Source: Nibricoccus sp. (GTDB taxonomy: Bacteria; Verrucomicrobiota; Verrucomicrobiia; Opitutales; Opitutaceae). Taken from it: DNA of 64,000 bases. How positions within the stretch are numbered: the first letter of the stretch is position 1; each line of letters opens with the position of its first letter. The notes beneath the pieces are model-generated. The model saw nothing but the letters and a program-made list of their open reading frames with translations. It had not been told where the DNA came from and did no database searches. The translations under genes were made by a program, and so were the position numbers. Below are positions 27,919 to 35,657 of the stretch, in pieces. Location of the stretch: the NCBI GenBank assembly GCA_047602425.1, contig JASGHG010000001.1, positions 1,120,001-1,184,000 of the forward strand, read 5' to 3'.

Positions 27919-28056
27919 ATGAGTTGGCCACCCAGTGATGCCGTTGTTATTGCTACCATCAGTGCATTGTCCACCGTTGCGGCTGCTGCCCTGCCTGCCT
28001 TGCTCAAACGCAAACGAAACTATTCTACACGGCGCCGAACAGTACGGCGGACCTAA
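27919..28056 (+). CDS. Putative 45-aa single-TM peptide (type I toxin-like); absent from the ORF track
   Basis: Hand translation MSWPPSDAVVIATISALSTVAAAALPALLKRKRNYSTRRRTVRRT. Upstream TTGATG-N18-TAGGAT; start codon enclosed by a 9-bp hairpin. Confidence 0.5.
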   Translation: MSWPPSDAVVIATISALSTVAAAALPALLKRKRNYSTRRRTVRRT

Positions 28057-28065
28057 TTGCGGACC

Positions 28066-28380
28066 TCACGTCGCGGCGACCACCTTGCCGACATCGCGCA
28101 TTTTAGCGCCGGTGGCAAACAGAGCACGAAAGAGTAGATCGAGTGAAACCTCCGCCTCTGCCGCTTCCAATTTTGCGACCCGCGACTGACTGGACCCAAG
28201 GCGACGCGCGAGTTCCGCCTGGGAATAGTGCAGATGCAAACGACGGCGGCGCACCTCGTCAGCCAAAGACAGCCGCAATGATACCATCGAACTTTCCTCG
28301 GGAGAAAGGGCAAGAAATTGGTCAGCGGAACCCACCTTGAATCCAGCAGCTTCGAGACGTTGTTTTTTTTCGGGTTTCAT
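28066..28380 (-). CDS. XRE-family HTH antitoxin (HigA-like)
   Basis: KKQRLEAAGFKVGSADQFL, SQAELARRLGSSQSRVAKLE, SLDLL; ATGA overlap with the toxin. Confidence 0.88.
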   Translation of the reverse strand: MKPEKKQRLEAAGFKVGSADQFLALSPEESSMVSLRLSLADEVRRRRLHLHYSQAELARRLGSSQSRVAKLEAAEAEVSLDLLFRALFATGAKMRDVGKVVAAT

Positions 28381-28730
28381 GGGATAGATTGATACAATTT
28401 CAAGCGGCGCTTGCAGACTTCCAAGACAGATTGTGGGGTCTTCTGCGTCGTTTTTTTGTGAACATCGAGAATGACTACTGCATCGGTTGCGAGGTGGTAG
28501 AATATGCGCCAGTTATTACTTTCATCAGGGACACGCAACTCGTGACAGCGCGGTCCGATCATCGGCATGGGACGAGAATGTGGCAGGCCGAGACTTTCGC
28601 CCTGCTGCAATCGCCGCAGCAACATGCCAGCCTCGATCCGGGCCGCAGCCGAGAATGGAGGAGTCTTGATCTCTCCTTCAATCCAGACGAGCGGCTTGGC
28701 GGGTCCAAGCTTAGGGAATGAATATGTCAT
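28377..28730 (-). CDS. RelE/HigB-family (Gp49-like) toxin
   Basis: KPLVW..GEIKTPPFS, LPHSRPMP.IGPRCHELR, WRIFY, KKTTQKTP; toxin-first order. Confidence 0.88.
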   Translation of the reverse strand: MTYSFPKLGPAKPLVWIEGEIKTPPFSAAARIEAGMLLRRLQQGESLGLPHSRPMPMIGPRCHELRVPDESNNWRIFYHLATDAVVILDVHKKTTQKTPQSVLEVCKRRLKLYQSIP

Positions 28731-28755
28731 ATCTGATATATGTCAAGTCTGACAT
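28724..28755. promoter_or_regulatory. Tandem palindromic operator of the TA pair
   Basis: ATGTCA-TATC-TGATAT and ATGTCA-AGTC-TGACAT back to back; contains TTGACA on the minus strand (28741-28746). Confidence 0.65.
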
Positions 28756-28761
28756 TTTTAC

Positions 28762-30120
28762 CTACTCACTGATGGCCTTCAGCCCCGCCGATGGGTTAAG
28801 CCGCACCTCAATGCGCTTCTTTTTGTCCACATAATGTGACGACGTGGTGCGAATATCGCGGTGGCCAAGATGCTGACGCGCAGCCTCGATTCCATGGTTT
28901 GAGGCGATCAACGAACCACTCTCTTTACGTAAAGCGTGGATAGCCTTCTTCTGGCGCACACCCTTCCCCCGCAGCCATTCGTGGAGATCGCGCCAGGTGC
29001 AATCGCAGCGGTAGTAATCATACGTCGCCTCGGGTCGTGCCTCGGCACCTTCCATGACAAATTCCGTCGTGTTTCCGGCTTTGAACGCCCGTATTATCTC
29101 AACCGCCTCCGGCGCAAGATCGACGATGCGCTGGCTCTCTTCGGTCTTGGGTTCGAAGTAGGCTGTACGGCGAATATGGAGGACGCCTTTCTCAAGGTCT
29201 ACCTGTTCCCACATGAGTAAATCCGCCTCTTTCCTCCGCAGACCGGCCCAAAGGCAAAGGGAGAGCGCGAGGTATTGCTGCGGGTGTTGCTCACGCAGCT
29301 CAGTGCCGGCACAGGCCAACAGCCATTCCGGACTGACTTCGGAATGATAACGTTCAGCCCCCGGATCTTTCATCTTTACCCCTGTTAATGGGTTTGGCGG
29401 CACCCGCACATTCAATATCTTAACTACGTCGTCTGTAAATAAAGAGCGGATAGAACGAAGATAAGACGCGGAAGATCGTTCCGCTGATTTGCGGCGAACA
29501 GGATCCGCTCCCGCCTTGGCCACATAAGCATTGCGCCACGCGATCACGGACTCCGGCGTTAACAGGTCGAGCCGTTGCCCGTCGATCTTGGCCAGCCACG
29601 ATTTCCGTCCTCCATGTACGTAATCGAATTTCGCACGCTTCGCTCGGCGCTTCAGTCCGGCCTCAAGTTTCGCAATATCCGAAATCATTTTACGCAGCTT
29701 CACAGCATACCGGCGCACAGTGATTGGCTTCAGATGGCTTCGCTTTAATACATCGGTAACAAATTCACCGACCGTGCAAAACTCTTCTTTAGGGACAAAA
29801 GCGGGCTTATATTTAGCCAGCGTGTTTTCCCATCCGTCGGCAACAATCGACAGGTAGATATCGCGCGCCTTTGTCGCCGCTGCCGATCGGTTGGCCGTGC
29901 TCAAGTTAAACCAATCTCGCCGACCACAAAATGCGACGCGGACATGCCACTCGGGCATTTCGACTGTCTTACCACCCCGGTCCTCATAGGTGCGATGGAC
30001 AAGTCTGTCTTTCCAGAAATCGGGATGGGTTTTGGCGCGTCGCCCGTTTTTCTGCAAATTTGTCTGGGCCATTTCTGGGCCACTTTTTTTGTCCTCAATT
30101 TTTTTATCCTGTCCGCTCAT
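28762..30120 (-). CDS. Tyrosine recombinase / integrase
   Basis: Catalytic set GLRRKE, PKT, HALR, LGH, HY; adjacent to attR. Alternative start at 30072. Confidence 0.94.
   Translation of the reverse strand: MSGQDKKIEDKKSGPEMAQTNLQKNGRRAKTHPDFWKDRLVHRTYEDRGGKTVEMPEWHVRVAFCGRRDWFNLSTANRSAAATKARDIYLSIVADGWENTLAKYKPAFVPKEEFCTVGEFVTDVLKRSHLKPITVRRYAVKLRKMISDIAKLEAGLKRRAKRAKFDYVHGGRKSWLAKIDGQRLDLLTPESVIAWRNAYVAKAGADPVRRKSAERSSASYLRSIRSLFTDDVVKILNVRVPPNPLTGVKMKDPGAERYHSEVSPEWLLACAGTELREQHPQQYLALSLCLWAGLRRKEADLLMWEQVDLEKGVLHIRRTAYFEPKTEESQRIVDLAPEAVEIIRAFKAGNTTEFVMEGAEARPEATYDYYRCDCTWRDLHEWLRGKGVRQKKAIHALRKESGSLIASNHGIEAARQHLGHRDIRTTSSHYVDKKKRIEVRLNPSAGLKAISE
30062..30082. repeat. Putative integrase arm-type site, right copy
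   Basis: Identical 21-mer to 20553-20573, lying in the 5' end of the integrase gene. Confidence 0.7.
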
Positions 30121-30216
30121 GGCTACAACTCACATCGTAATTTACCTCTGAAATCAAGTATATAAGTGCGGTCACAAGCAGACAATTAAGGGCACTGTAA
30201 ATCGCCAAACCAAATA

Positions 30217-30262
30217 ACTGTTAATCACTTGGTCAAAGGTTCGATCCCTTCCCGGGCAGCCA
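30217..30262 (+). repeat. attR (displaced tRNA-Asn 3' fragment)
   Basis: ACTGTTAATCACTTGGTCAAAGGTTCGATCCCTTCCCGGGCAGCCA; one mismatch (A30235 vs G20480); no tRNA 5' half upstream. Confidence 0.93.
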
Positions 30263-30439
30263 ATTTTTGCGAAGGTCGAACCATCGACCGAATTGGTATA
30301 AGTTTCGGATAATAAGAGACTTTCTGAAAGAGAGATTTTAACCGAATACTGTTTGGTTCCAAAAATGGGGAGTTATGGCGATCACCCCTCCTTGCATTCC
30401 GGCTTCCTGACCATCCCACGGCTTAACCACTATTCTACT

Positions 30440-30680
30440 AACTAAGGCGCATAACAATTCCGTCTTTGAGCCGCAGGAAGAATCCCAACCACCGATCCAG
30501 ATCAACCAACGCCCTTGCGATTGCACCACGATTGAGGGCTGTTTCTTCCACGTGCTGTAGCGTCAGACTTAAAACGCGGATCTCGTCCTTCAGCTTTTGC
30601 TATTCCTCCAGCCGTAGGTTTAAACGATCGAGCATGCGGGCCGCTAACGCTGCCCTGCCCTTATCCAATACAGGCCTCGA
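30440..30680 (-). pseudogene. Possible decayed coiled-coil gene fragment
   Basis: Reads ...AALAARMLDRLNLRLEE*QKLKDEIRVLSLTLQHVEETALNRGAIARALVDLDRW... across one stop codon. Confidence 0.3.
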
Positions 30681-30696
30681 GGAAGAGCAGCGCCAC

Positions 30697-31341
30697 TCAG
30701 CGCGCCGTTTTTGCAGGGTTCCTTCGCCAGAGATCCGAGCGTAGCAGCCCCCACTCTGCATCGTGACGTGCTTCCACATGAAAACCCTCCGCCGCCAGCA
30801 GTTCATCGGGTACGACGAGCCGGTTGGCCGGTAAACCCACGGCCACGCGGAAAAACCGATACATCAGCCAGTGTACAAAGTGCGCGCGCTGCCGCGCCAG
30901 TCCTTGCGAGGGAATCGCAAAGTCCGTAACCAGCCAAATTGCGTCGTCGGTAGCGCAGTTCGCGAGTTTGGCAATCACACGGGGAAGCACATCGGCAGGA
31001 AAACAGTCGAGAAAAAAGCAGGTTACCACGGCGTCGTATTTCCGAAGCGCCTGCCACGACAGGACGTCCGCCAACACCCAGTCTATTTTAAACGAACCAC
31101 TATCTATCTTTATTTGTGCCTGCGTTAACATGCCTCGACTACGCTCAACACAAGTTAGTTGAGCGCCGGGGAATCGTCTCGTGCAGGCTGCCGCAAAACG
31201 TCCATGCCCTTCGCCCACGCTCAGAATATTTCGGCAACCTGCCAACGCCTCCAACCACTGCGTCCGCGCACGTTGTAAACGTGCACCTGCCGTGACTGCT
31301 TCAAGCCAATCGTAGTGGGGAGCCAGCCGATCGAAATTCAT
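30697..31341 (-). CDS. Class I SAM-dependent methyltransferase
   Basis: NFDRLAPHYDWLE, ILSVGEGHGRF, YDAVVTCFFLDCF, WLVTDF. Start ATG 31341 overlaps the upstream stop. Confidence 0.88.
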   Translation of the reverse strand: MNFDRLAPHYDWLEAVTAGARLQRARTQWLEALAGCRNILSVGEGHGRFAAACTRRFPGAQLTCVERSRGMLTQAQIKIDSGSFKIDWVLADVLSWQALRKYDAVVTCFFLDCFPADVLPRVIAKLANCATDDAIWLVTDFAIPSQGLARQRAHFVHWLMYRFFRVAVGLPANRLVVPDELLAAEGFHVEARHDAEWGLLRSDLWRRNPAKTAR

Positions 31342-31697
31342 CGTATATTCCATATCAACCAAGCGACTAGTGCGCCGCTCGTATACGCCACCACGTCCCA
31401 GAGGTCGCCGGTCGCATGAGAAAATAGAAGCGGCCCGATGATTTCAGCGGCGACCGACCAAATGACCAGATGCAAAAGCACTTCCTTTCCGTTTGGTTTG
31501 GCATCGGAACGACGAAGCCGGAGCTTGCGCTGCACCCACAGCACCAACGGGAGCGCCGCCGGAATCAGCAAGGAATCGTTGAAGTGATTGCGAAGAAATG
31601 GGCCTTTAAAAGTCGCAGGCAAACACCAGCGATTGGCAGCATAGAGCACACAGGCGACAAGGCAAACCGGGTCGAGCGCATAGCGATACTTTGTCAC
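31338..31697 (-). CDS. Small membrane protein (VanZ/DUF2809-like)
   Basis: Hydrophobic segments; FLRNHFND.L.IP, E...P, TGDLWDVVAY..G. GTG start at 31697 assumed. Confidence 0.65.
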   Translation of the reverse strand: MTKYRYALDPVCLVACVLYAANRWCLPATFKGPFLRNHFNDSLLIPAALPLVLWVQRKLRLRRSDAKPNGKEVLLHLVIWSVAAEIIGPLLFSHATGDLWDVVAYTSGALVAWLIWNIR

Positions 31698-31818
31698 AAT
31701 AAAGCGCAAATCGCCAAGCCGAACCCCAAAGCCAGCAGACCCTTCAGAACAGGAGTGGAATAGATAAACCAAGAGTAATGCGTCATAAAAAATTCTGAGA
31801 ATTGGAAACCGTGCATTC

Positions 31819-33639
31819 TTAGTTCTTGTTGTTGGTTTTGGAGCGCAATGGCCCATGTTCGCGATGATGCTCGGCGTGGCGGTGGCGCATCCTTGCCGCA
31901 AGGATTTCCGCTCGGCCAAGATAACCGATAATTTTCAAAGTGCCACCGCGCTCAACCACAGGCAGCCGCCCGATATCGCGTTGCAGCATTTTATTCATCG
32001 CCTCGTCCAAGGTTTCGTCAGCAAACGTCGTAACAGGATTGGCTGTTCCTGCACGCAAAACTGAAATCGTCTCGGCATTGTCCGCTCGCTGCGCCCGCAA
32101 CAAATCGCCTCTCGTGACGATCCCGACCAGCCTCCCTTCATCCGCAATCAAAGTCGCTTGCCGGCGCGAAAATTCGGAATCGATCTGCGCGATTTGTCCG
32201 GACAGCGCCTCCATGGTGGTATCGGCAGAAACCACTGGCGGCGTGCGATCCATCACGTCGCCAACCCGCATGAGTGTGAAAATGTCCACGCTGTATTCGC
32301 GCGCAACGTGCTGCCCGCGTCGGGCGAGTTTTTCCGTCAAGATCGAACGCTTGAGCAACAGCACGGTCACGCACAAGGCGGCCACGCTTCCGGCAACAAG
32401 TGTCGGCAGGACGTGAAGGTCGTGGGTCAGTTCCAACACGAAAACAATACCGGTCAGCGGCGCGCCCATTGTTCCTCCCATCATTGCCGCCATGCCCACC
32501 AATGCCCAAAGCCCCGGATCGCTAATGCCCGAGAGCGCGCCGAGAAAAGAACCGACGGCCCCGCCCACCATTAAAAGCGGAGCCAGCACGCCACCCGAAG
32601 TTCCAGAACCAAGTGCTATCGCCCACACGATGCCTTTGGCAAAAACAAGGCTGACCAGCGCCGCTCCCACGATCTCTCCCCGCATCAAGCCATGAATGGT
32701 TTCGTAACCGACACCGAGCACGCGCGAATCCACCAATCCTCCCAAGCCCACGAACAAGCCGCCGACGGCCGGCCACCACATCCAGTGGATAGGCAACTTC
32801 GCGAAGCCGTCCTCACATGCATACACAAGCGCGGTGAGCAATCCGGACATCAAACCCACACCGACGCCGATCAAAATCGCCACCGCCAAATTTTCCGGAG
32901 CCAGCAACGCATGCTGCATGACCGTGAAAATTGGCGGTAAACCCAAAAGCGGCACGCGCACGACAGATGCCACCATCGCCGCCGTGGCCACCGGAATGAA
33001 GCTGCGCGGCTTCCATTCAAAAAGCAAAAGCTCAACTGCCAGCAATATCGCAGCCGTCGGCGTCGCAAAAACGGCAGTCATTCCCGCAGCCGCGCCAGCG
33101 ACCAAAAGCGTTTTTCTTTCCGACGAGGTCAAATGGAACAATTGCGCAAAGATAGAGCCAAAGGCTCCACCAGTGACAATAATGGGGCCTTCCGCGCCAA
33201 ACGGACCTCCAGTGCCGATCGAGATCGCGGACGAAATCGGTTTCAAGATCGCGACCCTCGGCTTCATCAGGCTTCGGCCGAGTAGAATTGCCTCCAGCGC
33301 CTCGGGAATTCCATGCCCCCGAATTTTCTCGGATCCGAAACGCGCCATACATCCGATCACCAATCCGCCCACAACAGGCACAACCACACCCCACCAGCCA
33401 AAATGATGTCCGGTCAACGTCACCGACTCCGACGACCATCGTAGAAAAAAGGCCGCGTTCGTGAAAACCGCGATCAGCCAAAGCAACGCCTTTGCGACGA
33501 AGGCCGCGACCGCGCCGATCGGAATCGCAAGCGCGCATAACAAAAGCACCCGTCGGTTCGTGGTAAAGTCGGACAGGATGCCTCGGCTATCGTGGTCTGA
33601 GGTTGAGACAGTCGTGTCGTTTTCGGCTGAGGTGGTCAT
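31819..33639 (-). CDS. ClC-family anion channel/transporter with two CBS domains
   Basis: GHGIPE, GGPFGAEGP, GAAAGMTAVFATP, GTSGGVLAP; CBS-type LVGIVTRGDL and LPVVE...IIGYL. Confidence 0.92.
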   Translation of the reverse strand: MTTSAENDTTVSTSDHDSRGILSDFTTNRRVLLLCALAIPIGAVAAFVAKALLWLIAVFTNAAFFLRWSSESVTLTGHHFGWWGVVVPVVGGLVIGCMARFGSEKIRGHGIPEALEAILLGRSLMKPRVAILKPISSAISIGTGGPFGAEGPIIVTGGAFGSIFAQLFHLTSSERKTLLVAGAAAGMTAVFATPTAAILLAVELLLFEWKPRSFIPVATAAMVASVVRVPLLGLPPIFTVMQHALLAPENLAVAILIGVGVGLMSGLLTALVYACEDGFAKLPIHWMWWPAVGGLFVGLGGLVDSRVLGVGYETIHGLMRGEIVGAALVSLVFAKGIVWAIALGSGTSGGVLAPLLMVGGAVGSFLGALSGISDPGLWALVGMAAMMGGTMGAPLTGIVFVLELTHDLHVLPTLVAGSVAALCVTVLLLKRSILTEKLARRGQHVAREYSVDIFTLMRVGDVMDRTPPVVSADTTMEALSGQIAQIDSEFSRRQATLIADEGRLVGIVTRGDLLRAQRADNAETISVLRAGTANPVTTFADETLDEAMNKMLQRDIGRLPVVERGGTLKIIGYLGRAEILAARMRHRHAEHHREHGPLRSKTNNKN

Positions 33640-33661
33640 TGAAATTGAGAATTTGTCATTG

Positions 33662-33676
33662 TATCGTACTACGATA
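33662..33676. promoter_or_regulatory. Palindromic operator between divergent ClC and MarR genes
   Basis: Perfect inverted repeat TATCGTA-C-TACGATA in a 71-bp AT-rich gap. Confidence 0.65.
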
Positions 33677-33710
33677 TATTTCAATAGATTTCTCTTCTTC
33701 GCCCTCAAAC

Positions 33711-34127
33711 ATGCGCCCGCGCCAGATCACAAAGTCCCACTATGAATCCCTTGCCGCGTGGCGTTATGCGCTTCGCCGCTTTTTGAATTTTAGCGAAAAC
33801 GCGGCTCGGCGGGCCAACCTCACGCCACAACAGCATCAAGCCTTGCTCGCCATCAAGGGATTCCCGAGTCGAGATTTCGCCTCCATCGCAGAGCTGGCCG
33901 AGCGCCTGCAACTGCGACATCACAGCGTGGTAGGCTTGGTCGACCGACTCGTCACACGACGACTGCTTCGCAGACATGCGTCCTCGATGGACAAGCGGAG
34001 AGTTGAGCTGCGACTCACGGCCCATGGCGAGAGGATCATCGAGCGATTGTCGGCCATTCACCTTCAAGAATTGCGGCAGCTCGGACCTGAGCTCCAACAG
34101 CTTGTGGGCGCGTTGTCCAAAAACTAG
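33711..34127 (+). CDS. MarR-family transcriptional regulator
   Basis: LTPQQHQALLAI, IAELAERL...HSVVGLVDRL, DKRRVELRLT..G. Confidence 0.9.
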   Translation: MRPRQITKSHYESLAAWRYALRRFLNFSENAARRANLTPQQHQALLAIKGFPSRDFASIAELAERLQLRHHSVVGLVDRLVTRRLLRRHASSMDKRRVELRLTAHGERIIERLSAIHLQELRQLGPELQQLVGALSKN

Positions 34128-34185
34128 CGCGACGACTTCCTGCCGGCTCTTTACGCGCTACATTACCGTTTAAAATACTTATCTC

Positions 34186-35166
34186 ATGACAAAAATATAT
34201 AACGATATCACAGAAACAATCGGCAACACGCCCTTGGTCCGACTTAATCGCACGGCTGCCGTACACGGCGCACAGGCAGAAATCCTCCTGAAACTCGAAT
34301 TCTTCAATCCCCTCTCCAGCGTCAAAGATCGCATTGGCTTTTCAATGATCGCCGATGCATTAAGCTCCGGGAAAATCGACTCAAAAACCGTTCTGATTGA
34401 ACCAACCAGCGGCAACACCGGCATTGCACTGGCCTTCGTCGCGGCGGCAAAAGGAATAAAGTTGATCCTGACCATGCCGGAAACGATGTCGATCGAGCGG
34501 CGTAAAATTCTCAAAATCCTTGGCGCGCGTTTGGTTCTTACAGAAGGTTCTAAAGGCATCAAAGGTTCGATCGCCAAGGCCGAGGAATTGGCCGCCAAGA
34601 TCCCCAATAGCATCATCCTTCAACAATTTTCCAATCCCGCGAATCCCGCCATTCATCGTAAAACCACCGCGGAAGAAATCTGGCGCGACACCGATGGCAA
34701 AGTCGACATCGTGGTCTCCGGCATTGGCACGGGCGGGACCATTACTGGCGTCGGCGAAGTCCTGAAAGCCCGGAAACCTGCGGTGAAAATGATCGCAGTC
34801 GAGCCCGATACTTCTCCCGTGCTTTCCGGCGGCCAGCCCGGACCTCATAAACTGCAAGGCCTCGGGGCGGGGTTTGTGCCCGCAGTATTGAATACCAAAA
34901 TCTACGACGAAGTGATTCGAGTCAAAGAAGCTGACTCGGGGCCTGTCAGCAAACAGGTCAACCAGCTCGATGGGATTCCGATCGGCATTTCCTCGGGCGC
35001 GGCGGTTTGGGCGGCGCTGCAACTCGCGAAACGTCGGGAAAACATGGGCAAACAAATCGTGGCCATCATTCCCTCCTGCAGCGAACGCTACTTATCGTCC
35101 TGGCTGTTTGCGGACATCGGAATCGAAAGCGATGCCATCGACGATCTTCTCGGCGAACCCCGCTGA
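34186..35166 (+). CDS. cysK: Cysteine synthase A (O-acetylserine sulfhydrylase)
   Basis: [18 protein letters not shown] (PLP Lys), [39 protein letters not shown]. Confidence 0.95.
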   Translation: MTKIYNDITETIGNTPLVRLNRTAAVHGAQAEILLKLEFFNPLSSVKDRIGFSMIADALSSGKIDSKTVLIEPTSGNTGIALAFVAAAKGIKLILTMPETMSIERRKILKILGARLVLTEGSKGIKGSIAKAEELAAKIPNSIILQQFSNPANPAIHRKTTAEEIWRDTDGKVDIVVSGIGTGGTITGVGEVLKARKPAVKMIAVEPDTSPVLSGGQPGPHKLQGLGAGFVPAVLNTKIYDEVIRVKEADSGPVSKQVNQLDGIPIGISSGAAVWAALQLAKRRENMGKQIVAIIPSCSERYLSSWLFADIGIESDAIDDLLGEPR

Positions 35167-35232
35167 GCTCTTCGGATCCACCTAGGCAAACCATCATACA
35201 GATCCAACAATTCAACGTTCTTCATCGATCTC

Positions 35233-35649
35233 ATGTCCGATATTGTTCCCGCCGCCACCCTGTTCGAAAGACTGGGTGGCCGCCCGCGCCTCCTTGCCCT
35301 CTTGCGACATTTCTACGCCGATGTCAGGCAACACCGTGAAATTGGGCCGATTTTCACCGCGCAAATTCAGGACTGGCCCGCGCACCTCGAAAAAATCGCC
35401 GATTTCTGGTCCGGTGCGACCGGTGGTCCTGCGCGCTACAGCGGGCCAATGCCCTACAAACACCTAACCCTCGGTCTGGAGGAAAAACATTTCGCCGCCT
35501 GGCTCGATCTGTGGCGAAGAAATTGCCACACCCAGCTTCCACCGACAGAGGCGCGGGAAATGATCGCACTCGCCGAGGCGATTGGAGCCCGCCTGCGTCA
35601 TATTATCGCGCAAAATGAGTCCCCTCCTTTCAAAAACAGTCCCGTTTAA
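35233..35649 (+). CDS. Group III truncated haemoglobin
   Basis: FYADVR...IGPIF, DWPAHLEKIADFW, PMPYKH, HFAAWLDLW. Confidence 0.88.
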   Translation: MSDIVPAATLFERLGGRPRLLALLRHFYADVRQHREIGPIFTAQIQDWPAHLEKIADFWSGATGGPARYSGPMPYKHLTLGLEEKHFAAWLDLWRRNCHTQLPPTEAREMIALAEAIGARLRHIIAQNESPPFKNSPV

Positions 35650-35657
35650 ATTGCCCA

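Larger units (their letters stand above)
20462..30262. mobile_element. Integrative mobilizable element / genomic island in tRNA-Asn
   Basis: Flanked by a 46-bp direct repeat of the tRNA 3' part. Contains tyrosine integrase, Xis-like HTH protein, MOBF relaxase and a TA pair; no T4SS or phage structural genes. Confidence 0.92.

Noticed and set aside
27935..28189. 84-aa ORF from the ORF track
   Set aside because: Overlaps the antitoxin on the opposite strand by over 100 bp and lacks protein-like features; the shorter 27919-28056 frame fits the gap better.
30217..30262. Second tRNA-Asn gene
   Set aside because: Only the 3' 46 nt are present; no acceptor 5' strand or D arm. It is attR.
20462..30262. 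Prophage, phage satellite or self-transmissible ICE
   Set aside because: No capsid, terminase, tail, primase, VirB4 or VirD4-like genes are recognisable between the att sites.
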